Of a stretch of 64,000 nt of DNA, positions 29,468 through 42,930 are shown piece by piece. Positions within the stretch are counted from its first letter, which is position 1. The number at the start of each line of letters is the position of its first letter. The translations under genes were made by a program, and so were the position numbers. The notes under the pieces were generated by a model. The model was not told the DNA's origin. It searched no databases and was given only the letters and a program-made list of their open reading frames with translations. Source of the stretch: Eledone cirrhosa (Eukaryota); contig OZ024755.1 in the NCBI GenBank assembly GCA_964016885.1, forward strand, positions 6,076,001-6,140,000. The letters run 5' to 3'.

Positions 29468-29470
<3 letters not shown>
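29339..29470. mobile_element. Family H3, diverged copy with hammerhead 3' half
   Basis: GAAA-CGGC(cugagcuca)GCCG-UC-GGGG followed by the shared tail and (TA)n. Confidence 0.7.
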
Positions 29471-29528
<58 letters not shown>

Positions 29529-29582
29529 TAACTATACTTCATGATTGTAAAGCAAACCCTTTGCTTAAACTTTAATCTGTTA

Positions 29583-29637
<55 letters not shown>

Positions 29638-29680
29638 ACATATATATATATATGTATATATGTATACATATATGTATATA

Positions 29681-29890
29681 TGAAAAAGTATGACGCCGAC
29701 GGCAGAGCTCAAGCCATTTGGACGGCTATTTCTGAACTATTTAGTCCAGAAATAGCCGTCGAAATGGCTTGAGCTCTGCCGTTGGGGTCATACTTTTTCC
29801 TATTTCCCACTCTACTACCCTAAGTATTGAGTACTCTGGTGCGTCCATCTGGTGCGTCCATCTGGTTCCTCACCACATTTCCTTTGTTAT
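29681..29890. mobile_element. Family H3, palindromic copy
   Basis: About 118-bp near-perfect hairpin (29682-29799) plus tail, (TA)n on both sides. Confidence 0.8.
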
Positions 29891-30584
29891 ATATATATAT
29901 ATATATATATATTAAATGTAATCTGAGTTTTTCGAATATTAATAACATTCGATTCGTTTGCAATTATGCAAACAACCTCTTTTAAGCCATGTCAGTAGAA
30001 TGAGCCCCTCATTAATATTCGAAAAATTCAGATTACAATTATTGTATTCAGCCATGTAGAGCGATAAGCTTTTGTTACATATATATATAATATAGAAAAG
30101 GGTTCGGGAAAAATCCTCATATCGTGGTTACCCTCTATTGAACCTTAATCATTCTATAGTTCTAGGAATCTCTTCCATAGATTATTTTATTTCCATTGTT
30201 TCTTCAATTTTGACTTTCATTACGATATTATTTTCATTATTTTTTTCTCCTACTTTCTGACTTGACAATAAAATTGTAGTAAAATCTAGATTACTGTTTA
30301 CTGCGATGTTTGAATTGTAGCAACTGCTATAGTTACCATTAGATGTCCGGCTTGTCGAGAAATAACCTTAGACTAAAACTGCTTAGTTTATCAGATTCGA
30401 CCTTTGTAATGCCGAAAATGGGTTCCAAAATTGAAGCTAAACGTAACTGAATGATGTGAAGGTGGAGATGGCGAAAAGTAAGGAGATATTGTTGTGACTC
30501 TTGGCCTGTGGAACTAATGTAAAGGTGAGTTCAAGGATAAATACATGTAAGACGTATAAGCCGTATGCATACATCATACATACT

Positions 30585-31040
30585 CACACATATATATTGA
30601 GAATATATATAGATAATTATATACACACACACATATATGGAGAATATATATAGACATACATATACACACACATATATATTGAGAATATATATAGATATAT
30701 ATATACACACACATATATCGAGAATATATGTAAATACACATATACACACACATATATCGAGAATATATGTAAATACACATATACACACACATATATCGAG
30801 AATATATGTAGATACACATATACACACACACATATATCGAGAATATATGTAGATATACATATACACACACACATATATTGAGAATATATGCACTTATCCA
30901 TCTCATGGATATAGGGAAATTCCCACATATACACTCGCATACATACACACACATATATACACACACACACACACACTTACATACACACACATATTGAGAA
31001 TATATATAGATATACATATACACACATACATATATTGATA
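30585..31040. repeat. About 38-40 bp minisatellite GAGAATATATGTAGATACACATATACACACACATATATC
   Basis: Directly visible. Confidence 0.9.
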
Positions 31041-31902
31041 AGGCGTAAGTCAATATTGAAGAAGCAGACATAAAATCAAAGATAAACTATTCATGAAGAG
31101 CCCTTCGTTTTTCAGGAATAGTGTATCCTGAACTACACCATAAAATTTGTCCTTCATATTCTAAAAGAAGGTAGGTTATTTCATGAGAGATTTGTTTGTT
31201 ATTTCTTTGCATATGTGATTACAAACATGTGTGTGTTTGTGAAATATACTTGCGTGCTTTTGACCTCTTCGTTAGCCTGTATTTCCATGATAAATTTCCA
31301 AACATATCGCCGAACTTCATTGGTGTATAGGTCGGTTAGGAAACCGTCAAGCCTGCTGTGCACAATTGGGCAAAAATGAACCACAACAAGGAGCAAATGA
31401 CAACATAGATGCCAGGAATAGGAAGACAAACTTATGGTCAAAGGTGGAAAATAAATAAGTTGTTGGCTCGTTTAAGTTTACAGTCATTCCACTATTAAAA
31501 CAATAAGGATTGAAATAAAGAAGAAAAAACTAAAGAAAACATAGTTTCACATATCAGACAACAAAAATGGAGTCTAACATACAATCTGGTGTAACCATGG
31601 TGATAGATAAACAAGTATGAGGAGCAGGAGGTGGAGGAAAAGGAGGGAGAGGAGTGTGTGTGTGAGGGTAATACTTCATTACGGAAATTTCTGGAAAGAT
31701 TCATTGTCTGTAAACATGCAGGAGAATAGTGAATGTGCGAGAATGCATTCGAATGTATGCATTTGAGTGTACGGACGTGTACGTATCTGGGTCTCGTGGG
31801 GTCATGACAGGGTTCCTAGGCTTTGGGATATTCCGGACCCCTTCAACACTTATCTTTCACCCCTCTACACCTGACAGCTTGAACCTGTTATGGTATATTA
31901 AA

Positions 31903-32087
31903 TTAATTGTTTCTACATTTGGCACAAGGCCAGCAATTATCCTAGTGCATTACTGGTACTTTATTTTATCGACCCCGTAAGGATGGAAGGCAAATTTAAC
32001 CTCGGCGGGATTTGAACTCAGATCATAAAGGGCCGTAACTCTATGCTGCAAAGTATGGTGTTCGACCCTTACCGGTACTACCAATCC
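31903..32087 (-). mobile_element. SINE family A
   Basis: Full-length match. Confidence 0.9.
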
Positions 32088-33310
32088 TAAATTAATACAG
32101 CAAATTATTAACTAGAAATTTTAACAATATACAGTGAAAGGGTGTTCACTGATTATGGGTGCTAAGAGCCTTAACTATTGGAACACTAAGGCACAACTAA
32201 CAGTGCCTCATCATAAAATATTTATAGGTCCCTAAGCTTATGAATCATACGGTTCTGGTACATATAAGTATAAGTATACCCACATAACTCTACATAATTA
32301 TAAACTACTCAATACGTCCTTATTTGTCTCTCGAATTATTGAAAAAAAAAAAAAAAAATGAAATTTACATCTCCCACCTATGCAAGTTTAGCTGATCTAG
32401 TAAGAGGTGGCAGCTCATAAGACTTTTCTCGGGGTTTTATATTCTATCATGAAAAGAGCAATGCGTTGTCCAGTCCAGGATTCGAACCAGTGAGCTTATG
32501 GTAGCGAGTACAACACATTAACGACTAGGATACATGCCTTCGCTTACATGAAAACAAAATCACTGGTGCTGTTTTAACAACAGAATTTGTCAAACGACAT
32601 TGTTGTTAAAATATTGTTACTGAGATGAATGTCTGCAAAATATCTCAGACATTTCCAAGATAGAAAACATTTATTGCAGCACCGCGAATAATAGGAACTT
32701 TGACAAAACTCACAAAGTTTCTGCTTCTGAACTTCAGAAAGCAAATAATGTCAAAACAGTTATAAATTCTGAGAGATCTTTTAGATATTTCTGATATTAC
32801 ACAAATGTTCGGAGACTGATATTATATTCCATAGAGTATTATATTTTTCTCCAAAACGGATCTCTATCCCCTTAAACGCAATACCACTGTCTCAAGGAAT
32901 ATAGAAATCTCATTTCTATGACAAACACATATTCTGATAAAATTATATTCTAATATACTAGACAACAATGGTAATATGTCTCATTATGCAATCCTGGAAA
33001 CTTTTGCATAATTTGGCCATTCTATAAACCGTAGACATACATTTGGCGAAAATAATCGATTATGTCTAATGTTGTTGGAACTCAACTTTGTAAGATTAGT
33101 TACTAGTTTATAGGCATTTTGTCACAGAGCCAGCTGCTTCAATAACAACGGATAATGGTATGAACCAAATAATCTTAGTCTATAATTTCAAAGTTTCCTA
33201 TTAATTGCCCACAAACATTCTCTTTCTCATTTATATTTGACGTCATATCCATCTTAAACGTATGTATACAGCTATATGTTACTTAAACTGAAATTGTGTG
33301 CAAATGGCAA

Positions 33311-33311
<1 letters not shown>

Positions 33312-33349
<38 letters not shown>

Positions 33350-33383
33350 TATATATATATATTATATATATTTACACACACAT

Positions 33384-33428
<45 letters not shown>

Positions 33429-33441
33429 CACACACATACAC

Positions 33442-33472
<31 letters not shown>

Positions 33473-33494
33473 ATATATTTACACACACATACAC

Positions 33495-33525
<31 letters not shown>

Positions 33526-33655
33526 ATATATTTACACACACATACACATATATATATATATATAATATATATATATATATATTTACACACACATACACAT
33601 ATATATATATATATAATATATATATATATATATTTACACACACATACTCATATAT

Positions 33656-33703
<48 letters not shown>
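33312..33703. repeat. TA-derived minisatellite with TTTACACACACATACAC spacer
   Basis: Directly visible. Confidence 0.9.
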
Positions 33704-33704
<1 letters not shown>

Positions 33705-34124
33705 GGAGGAAGGGTATTTTCAAAGAAGAAACAAACTAACGTGAATATTTTAAGTAGGGGAGCCGAGAGTGAACGAGATTGTGATAACGTGAGCGACAAG
33801 ATCTCGGAAATGCAATACGTACGATAGTTATGTAAGAGATTTAAAGTAAAATACTTACACCAAACTGAAGCAAAGATCGAAAGGAAAATATAGAAAAAAA
33901 AAGAAGAAAAATCAATCATTCAATCAATGATGAACATCATAAATCAATGGTCAAAACAGTGATTGATACATTACATAGATTTATGATGGTTTAGCACACA
34001 CATATATAGACACACATGCATATTACTAATATATATAAAAATAAATATGACCACAAACACATTTGTTTAGGTATATAGACACATACGTAAATACAGAGAT
34101 ACATATACCTATATATATATATAT

Positions 34125-34346
34125 ATAGGAACAAGTATGACACCGACGGCAGAGCTCAAGCCGTTTCGACGGCTAATTCTGGACTCGCTAATTCGACGGC
34201 TAATTCTGGAGTCCAGAATTAGCCGTCGAAACGGCTTGAGCTCTGCCGTCGGGGTCATACCTGTTCCTATTACCCACTCTACTACCCTAAGTATTGAGTA
34301 CTTTGGTGCGGTATTGTCCATCGGGTTCCTTACCACATTTCCTTCG

Positions 34347-34350
<4 letters not shown>
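34125..34350. mobile_element. Family H3, palindromic copy
   Basis: Hairpin 34125-34270 with about 60-bp arms. Each strand reads stem II-GAAA-CGGC..GCCG-UC-stem I. An 80-nt tail follows, with (TA)n on both sides. Confidence 0.85.
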
Positions 34351-34383
<33 letters not shown>

Positions 34384-34759
34384 TATATGTATAAATATAA
34401 AAATAAAATAAATATATATATATATATAAATTAATATATATATATAAATATATATATATAAATAAAATAAATATATATATATATAAATAAAATAAATATA
34501 TATATATAAATAAATATATATATATATAAATAAATATATATATATATATAAATAAATATATATATATATATATATATATAAAATAAATTATATATATATA
34601 TATATATAAATAAATAAATAAATATATATATATATATATATATATACCAGAAACAACTCCAACATTAAATACATCGATATATGTTTTGTAGATGTGTAAA
34701 ATGTCTGCATATGCTTCGTTGAGGAGGTACAATAAAACCGGAAAGTATCAGTAGTAGTC

Positions 34760-34965
34760 ACCCTTGTATGTCTCCATAGAATTTTGTCAGACACCTTCCT
34801 TTATTTCCTGTGAGATGAAGGAAGGGAATGTCAATATGTAATATATAGCTGTTAATTGTAATTGAATATGAGTTGGTGTCATCAGGAAATATCCCTTTCA
34901 CTAATGGAATATAGAATGTCTCTGTAATCGCGAACAGATTTACATAGCTCAACCTTCTCACCATT
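34760..34965 (-). mobile_element. Possible decayed CR1/L2-type AP-endonuclease fragment
   Basis: VNLFAITETF...DDTNSYSITINSY resembles the D/N-I-x-x-I-T-E-T-W...I.I.GY motif. Weak. Confidence 0.35.
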
Positions 34966-35182
34966 AACTACATTTTCGACTTGAGATGTCATTTAAAATT
35001 GCATGTATCTTAGGAATACTCTGTCACTCGCATGTTAAGTTCACGAAGAGGAATTCATTTGAACGAAAAAGTGAAATGCAGCGCTGACAGAAAATCGCCC
35101 AGATATACAGTTGCCTCTATGCATACATATAGCTATATATATATATATAGCTATATATATATACAGATAAATACATGCATAG

Positions 35183-35244
<62 letters not shown>

Positions 35245-35395
35245 CCACCCAGACCTATATACATACACATGTACACACCCTTATACAAATATATATATAT
35301 ATATATATATTTATACACACGCACACGCATATATATATATATATTAGAGAATTATAATTATCTTTACTACCATAATCACTAACCTATTCACTGAT

Positions 35396-36973
35396 ACTAC
35401 CTCCACCATCACTATACCACCTCCACCGTCACTATACTACCTCCACCGTCACTATACTACCTCCACCGTCACTATACTACCTCCACCATCACTATACCAC
35501 CTCCACCATCACTATACCACCTCCACCGTCACTATACTACCTCCACCATCACTATACTACCTCCACCATCACTATACTACCGCCACCGTCACTATACCAC
35601 CTCCACCATCACTATACTACCGCCACCGTCACTATACCACCTCCACCGTCACTATACTACCTCCACCATCACTATTCCACCTCCACCATCACTATACTAC
35701 CTCCACCATCACTATACTACCTCCACCATCACTATACCCCCTCCACCATCGCTATACTACCGCCACCGTCACTATACCACCTCCACCATCACTGTACTAC
35801 CTCCACCATCACTATACCACCTCCACCGTCACTATACTACCTCCACCATCACTATACCACCTCCACCATCACTATACTACCTCCACCATCACTATACCAC
35901 CTCCACCATCACTATACCACCTCCACCGTCACTGTACTACCTCCACCATCACTATACCACCTCCACCATCACTATACCACCTCCACCATCACTGTACTAC
36001 CTCCACCGTCACTATACTACCTCCACCATCACTATACCACCTCCACCGTCACTATACCACCTCCACCATCACTATACTACCTCCACCATCACTATACTAC
36101 CGCCACCATCACTATACCACCTCCACCATCACTATACTACCTCCACCATCACTATACCACCTCCACCATCACTATACTACCTCCACCATCACTATACCCC
36201 CTCCACCATCACTATACTACCGCCACCGTCATTATACCACCTCCACCATCACTATACTACCGCCACCGTCACTATACCACCTCCACCATCACTATACTAC
36301 CTCCACCATCACTATACCACCTCCACCGTCACTATACTACCTCCACCATCACTATACCACCTCCACCATCACTATACTACCTCCACCATCACTATACTAC
36401 CTCCACCATCACTATACCACCTCCACCATCACTATACCACCTCCACCGTCACTATACTACCTCCACCGTCACTATACTACCTCTTCCATCACTATACTAC
36501 CTCCACCATCACTATACTACCGCCACCGTCATTATACCACCTCCACCATCACTATACTACCGCCACCGTCACTATACCACCTCCACCATCACTATACTAC
36601 CTCCACCATCACTATACCACCTCCACCGTCACTATACTACCTCCACCATCACTATACTACCTCCACCATCACTATACCCCCTCCACCATCACTATACTAC
36701 CTCCACCATCACTATACCCCCTCCACCATCACTATACTACCGCCACCGTCACTATACCACCTCCACCATCACTATACTACCGCCACCGTCACTATACCAC
36801 CTCCACCATCACTATACTACCTCCACCATCACTATACCACCTCCACCATCACTATACTACCTCCACCATCACTATACTACCTCCACCATCACTATACCAC
36901 CTCCACCATCACTATACTACCTCCACCATCACTATACCACCTCCACCATCACTATACTACCTCCACCATCACT
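35396..36973. repeat. 20-bp minisatellite (ACTATACYACCTCCACCRTC), about 79 units with no indels
   Basis: Directly visible, in constant register across 60-nt lines. Confidence 0.97.
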
Positions 36974-38120
36974 CGCACCCTAATAACGTTGTTATTAATT
37001 CCATCTTAAATATTGCATTTGTCAATTTCCTAGCTATACAGGAAGCTTGCTATTATTAAGGCTGTATATTTCCATTGAAGCACTACGTTAAAAACACAAC
37101 ATAAACTAACAGAAAAAACCCACCATCTGCTATACAACCACGCCCCTACCATCTCCTACTACCATCTCAATAACAAAAGCAACATTAACACAATTGATAC
37201 TGCTTTCTCAGCTACCAGTGCATTCATCATTATTAGTATCATCATCATCGTCATCATCATTCCCATTGTTATCATCATCATCATCATCATGCTCATCAGT
37301 ATCATCAATAGCCGTATCATCATCATTGTCATCAACAATAACAACAACAATGCTAATAACTAAGCTTTGTGTGGTCGCTCGACCTGCTAGAAATACCAGG
37401 CAAGCTTCCCTCAAATTAAACTCTATCAGTTTAGAAAAAGCAAACTATAATACAATGTTATCATACCTTTTCACCAACCATTGCCCTCCACACCCCGTCA
37501 CACTATCTCCTCCTCGTCTACCACCACCACCACTAACACCACTACCATCTCCAACACTACCACCTCCCACACCACCACCAACACTACCACCTCCCACACC
37601 ACCACCACCACCACTACTTCTAAAAACTCTAATACTATTGCTACTACTATACCTGCAATATCATTACGCAACCCTGTAACATATACCAATGCTCCTGCTA
37701 CTCCTCTTCTTCCCTCTCATACTACCACCACTACCACCGCCGCCACCAGCACCACTATCACCACTGCTACCCTCACTATACCGATACCTCCAGTACTTCT
37801 ATGACCAAACATTGATTTAATTACTCCAGAGAGGGAGAGAGAGAGAAAGAGGGGCAGAGAAAGAGCGAGGGAGGGGGAGAGAGAGAAAGAGAGAGAGGGG
37901 GGAGAGATGGGGAGAGAGAAAGAGGGACAGAGAAAGAAAGAGAGAGAGAGAGGGGGAGAGAGAGAAAGAGGGACAGAGAAAGAAAGAGAGAGAAAGAGGG
38001 ACAGAAAAAGAGGGACAGATAAAGAAAGAGGGAGAGAGGGGGAGAGAAAGAGAAGCAGGAGAGGTGACTGACTCTATCAAAGTCACCTAATCGATATAGG
38101 AATGCTATTCTTAGACCTAA

Positions 38121-38400
38121 TGAAGGTGCACAGCCTAGTGATTAGTGTTCGGCATACAACCGTAATGCCGTGGGATCGATCCCTCGACCGGCTGATACGT
38201 TGTGCTTTTGAGCAACACACTTCATTTACTTCAGTTGCTTCAGTCCACTCAACCATAAATTAGAACAAGTAACATTAGTTGGAGGTTAATTTTGTGATGT
38301 ACTAGCACCCTGTCCAGGGGAATGTCTTACACTTTCAATCACTTAAATGAAACTAGGTAAGCTTTCGGTTTGGTAACCCTCAGGATCTGGGATAGATTTT
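38121..38400 (+). mobile_element. CORE-type SINE, old copy
   Basis: tRNA-like head and GTTGTGCTTTTGAGCAACACACTT...CAGTCCACTCA core. Confidence 0.65.
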
Positions 38401-38419
38401 TCTATTTTCATTATTCGTA

Positions 38420-38600
38420 GGGCGGTGGATTGGCAGTATCGGTAGAGGGTCAGAAGACACAGAGTTACGGCCCTTTCCATCCTGAGTTCAAATCCCGCCG
38501 AGGTTAACTTTGCCTTTCATCCTTACGGGGTCGATAAAATAAAGTACCAGCAATACACTGGATAATTGCTGGCCTTGTGCCAAATTTAGAAACAATTATT
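38420..38600 (+). mobile_element. SINE family A
   Basis: Full-length match, flanked by ATTATTCGT repeats. Confidence 0.9.
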
Positions 38601-38679
38601 CGTGGACAAGGCTAATATTTTGCACAGCTGAATACAACTAACGTAGAAGGAAAAAAGGTTACCATTGGGTATAGCGAAC

Positions 38680-39200
38680 AACTGAACGAATGAAAGAACG
38701 AAATAACGAAAGAAAAGAAGGAATCAAGGAAGAGCAAATAAAAGAAAGAAATAAAGAAAAACGAGTGTAAGAAAGGAAGAAATAGAAGAAAAAGGAATAA
38801 AACAGGAAAGAAAAAGCAAATGGATGAATGAAAGAAAGAAAGAAAAAAAAAATATTGAAAAAAGATAAAAATAGGACAGAAAGAAAATAGACAGAAGGGA
38901 GGAGAGTGAATGAAGGAAGAATAGAAGAGAGACGTGAGAAATTTGATAGAAGAGAAAATAAATATAATAATAAACGGAAACCTATAAAGTAAGAAATCAT
39001 AAAGAACGATGAAAGAACGAATTAGAATGATGGAAAGAAAGAAGTAGAATAAAATGGAAGAATAATGAAGTAACCCAGACCAAGTAAATATAGTAAACCC
39101 GAACACTAAAGAACGAAAAGAAGAAGAAACAATAGACAGAAAGAACGAAAGAGAGTGAATGAAAGGAGGATAGATCTGGTACTGAAGAAAGAAATGGTAA
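38680..39200. repeat. Purine-rich (GAAA/GAA) low-complexity tract
   Basis: Directly visible. Confidence 0.85.
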
Positions 39201-39570
39201 GAGAACCAAAAGCACACCGATATCACCCCAACCCTACCAAAACAACAACGACTACACCGATATAACTATAAAAACGAACGAACAGCAAATTGCAAGCAAG
39301 GCCAAGTAAAGGCAAATAATGACTTTATAACGAAATGTGTTAACAAGAAGTGAAATAAACAAGTCATGAATAGGTAGAGGTTCTGATCTAAAATTGTCAA
39401 AAGCTCGTCAGATGAGAATAGAAAGAGCTGAGATTTCATCATATAAAACTAACTTTCATTAATTGAAATTCTCCGCTAATGAAATTCCGTTACGATGTTT
39501 CTTCTCTCTGGGGGAAACTTCTGGAATGTTTCCTATCCAGCTTCGTTCGTTATCTTCTTGAAGAACATTA

Positions 39571-39752
39571 ATTGGCAGTATCGGTAGAGGGCTGGACGCC
39601 ATGATTTCTAGCATAGTTACGTCCCTTTACAGTCTGAGTTCAAATCCCGCCGAGGTTAACTTTGCCTTTCATCCTTACGGGGGTCGATAAAATAAAGTAC
39701 CAGTAATGCACTGGGTAATTGTTGGCCTTGTGCCTAAAGTAGAAACAATTAT
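39571..39752 (+). mobile_element. SINE family A
   Basis: Near full-length match. Confidence 0.9.
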
Positions 39753-39876
39753 ATTTGTATGACGTTGTATCTGAAGATGCGTGGCTCTGGTTTTAGTTAT
39801 TTAGGGGGTATTCGACTAAAGATTGTAAAGTCATGAGTTCGATTCCCAGATCGAGCAACATTATAATTGTATATAG

Positions 39877-40223
39877 GCTTTGCAGCAAAGAGGTACGGCC
39901 CTTTATAGACAGTTCAAATCCCGCCGAGGTTAACTTTGCATTTCATTCTTACGGGGTCGATAAAATAAAGTACCAGTAATACACTGGAATAATTGCTGGC
40001 CTTGTGCCAAAAGTAGAAACAATTATAATTGTATATAATATATATTATAATTGTTTCACCAGTGCATTACTGGTACTTTATTTTTATCGACCTCGTACGG
40101 ATGAAAGACAAAGTTAATCTCGGCGGGATTTGAACTCAGAATATAAAGGACCATAACTCATAGTGTGACGCTCTACCGATATCATTGTGTCTGACGCTCT
40201 ACCGATACTACCAGTCCACCGCC
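39877..40223. mobile_element. Tail-to-tail inverted pair of SINE family A (39877-40025 +, 40050-40223 -)
   Basis: Two opposite-strand copies separated by a short AT-rich quasi-palindrome. Confidence 0.85.
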
Positions 40224-40684
40224 ATATACTATATATTATAATAGTATGTGAAAACAGGAGGCTGGGTCTTTGAGTGTTCGGCTAACGATCATAAGGTCGT
40301 GACATCGATTTCAGATCGGGTAGTGCTTTATGTTCCTAAGAACATTATAACTGGAGCTTAGCTAGTTATGGTGTTTGGATATCGATCACAACGTCGTGAG
40401 ATCGATCCCAGATTGAGCAGTGCTTATTGCTGCAAAGAACATTCTAATTGTATATAGTATATATTAAGCTGGGTGGCCATTGATGAGTACGTACACCTAA
40501 TACAGTTTCGACCGTTTACCAGAATGTTGTGGCAGCTACTGCCGAGCAATTGTACTGGCCTGCAGTAACATTATCGGAGGGAAGACTAGCCAGCCCACAG
40601 AGATGCTAAGTGTTAGAAAGTGCCAGCCCTGACGGTCTCTTTACTGCATCTTTCCAACTAGACAATAGAGTTTGACTGTCTTTC

Positions 40685-40791
<107 letters not shown>

Positions 40792-41249
40792 CGAGTGTTC
40801 CTGTTGATTCAACAAACGGACCAGAAAATATGAAAATAACAAGTGGAAATAACAAGTGTCTTTTCTATTGAAACAGCTTCTACTGGTGACAGGATGCAGG
40901 CCATGACGTTACAGGTTTCATAGGGCAACAACAGGTCTACTGGTGTGAAGGTCGTATATATATATATTATGTGAAAAGTAACACACAGGAAGTACTTATA
41001 TATGACGACAACAATTTGATTCATGGCATGTGACAGAGGGGATTATCACTTCTGAAATGTGACATTTAATATGGAATGGACACCCCATGACCGAATGGTT
41101 AAGGAGGTCGCTTCGGAGTCATTAGTTCCTGTGTTCGGTCTTACTGCGTAGCATCATGGAAATATGTCATAAACAACAGCCTTGTGAATAAAATTACAAA
41201 CTGAAACGGCTTTCTGAGCCTCTATACAGTTCTCGCCTTTGTTATTTCT

Positions 41250-41438
41250 GGTGGTATCTGGCAGTATCGGTGGAGGGTCGGACGCCATGCTTTTCAGCAT
41301 AGTTACGTCCCTTTACGATCTGAGTTCAAATCCCGCCGAGGTTGACTTTGCCTTTCATCCTTACGGGGTCGATAAAATAAAGTACCAGTAATGTACTGGT
41401 TATTTGCTGGCCATGTGCCTAAAGTAGAAACAATTATT
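41250..41438 (+). mobile_element. SINE family A
   Basis: Full-length match. Confidence 0.9.
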
Positions 41439-41749
41439 TCTTTAGTCTTTGATAATGACGATTTCATATTTAAGCCATGACGTGGTATCAAATCCATGAC
41501 ATCTACCCCATCTATCATGTGGACTAAATCAATGACAGTAATATGGTTTTGGCACAGACACATGCAACGATATTTAAAAAGTAAGAACCCTCAAGCAGCT
41601 GGCCAGATATTACGGCGTACAGAGCATCGCTGCATGATGTATCTATCATATAACATACGGACTATAGATTGTCAGTATATGCTGGATCCCTCGTATCACG
41701 TACGGTCTATTTAGCTACCCTACGTATGAGATCTCTCACATCACATACA

Positions 41750-42175
41750 GACCATCTAGTGTCACTTCATGTTTGATCTCTCGAAATGTATACAGTCTAT
41801 CTAGCATCGCTTCATGTTCGATCCCTGACCACATTCGGTCCATCTAGCGTACATGGATGTTCGATCTCTCGTTATTACATACATCTAGCGTACATGCATG
41901 TTCGATGTCTCGTTATGAGGGTCGGACGCCATGCTTTGCAGCATAGAGTTACGGCCCTTTATGTTACGAGTTCAAATCCCGCTGAGGTTAACTTTGCCTT
42001 TCATCCTTACGAGGTCGATAAAATAAAGTACCAGTAATGCACTGGGTTATTGCTGGCCTTGTGCCAAATGTAGAAACAGTTATTACATACATCTAGCGTA
42101 CATGGATGTTCGATCTGTCGTTATTACATACATCTTAGCGTACATGGATGTTCGATCTGTCGTTATTACATACAC
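41750..42175. repeat. About 41-bp tandem repeat (TACATACATCTAGCGTACATGGATGTTCGATCTSTCGTTAT) interrupted by a 5'-truncated SINE A (41917-42083, +)
   Basis: Units on both sides of the SINE. Confidence 0.85.
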
Positions 42176-42737
42176 CATTGAGGAACGTTCTCGAGATATT
42201 AGGTATTACGGTATGATACGTAATACGGAGACTACTTTAAAAATAATTTTTCAATGATGGATTAGATAATTCTAATGTAAATAATGATGATGGTGAGGAA
42301 GCTGGAGATGATGTTGGTGGAGATTGTTGGTGAGGATGATGATAATGAAAATAATGATAGTGGTAATTAGTGGTGATGTCAATGATAATGAGGCTGGTGG
42401 TAGTGATGCTGGCGAGGATAATGATGGTGACGAGGCTTACTGTTGTGGATGTAAATGATGAAGATGATGTCAATATAAAAAAAGAGTAATAAAAGCTACA
42501 ACGATGGACTTCCTGCAGGGCAATTACATTTTCATAATGTAATATAATTGTTGATAGTGATATAAATTATATTTTCATTCTCGGCCACTAATTAACATTT
42601 TAATTAGATACCCCACACACTAATTATTATATTAATCTCCTCAGTCAAGTACATACTGGAATATTGGCTCATAGAAGCACACAGTCGAACTATATATGTG
42701 TGTGTGTGTGAAGCCTTGATCATATTCATTATATACG

Positions 42738-42779
<42 letters not shown>

Positions 42780-42797
42780 TATAGATATATATATATA

Positions 42798-42930
42798 TAC
42801 GAGTCCCGGGTTCAATCGGGGGTAGCCACAGCAAGTAAGGTACTCAGTACAATTAGTAGAGTGTAAAAGTGTTTGTTTGAAAAAGCTCTAGTCCTGTAAA
42901 ACTTATTTCTATATTAAACATGATACGTGT
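42798..42930 (+). mobile_element. Family H2, core-deleted copy
   Basis: Matches 19128-19190 and the CTAGTCCTGTA stem III half. (TA)n flanks. Confidence 0.7.

Noticed and set aside
38420-38500. tRNA gene-like A/B boxes
   Set aside because: SINE heads: no cloverleaf, and always attached to the same body and tail.
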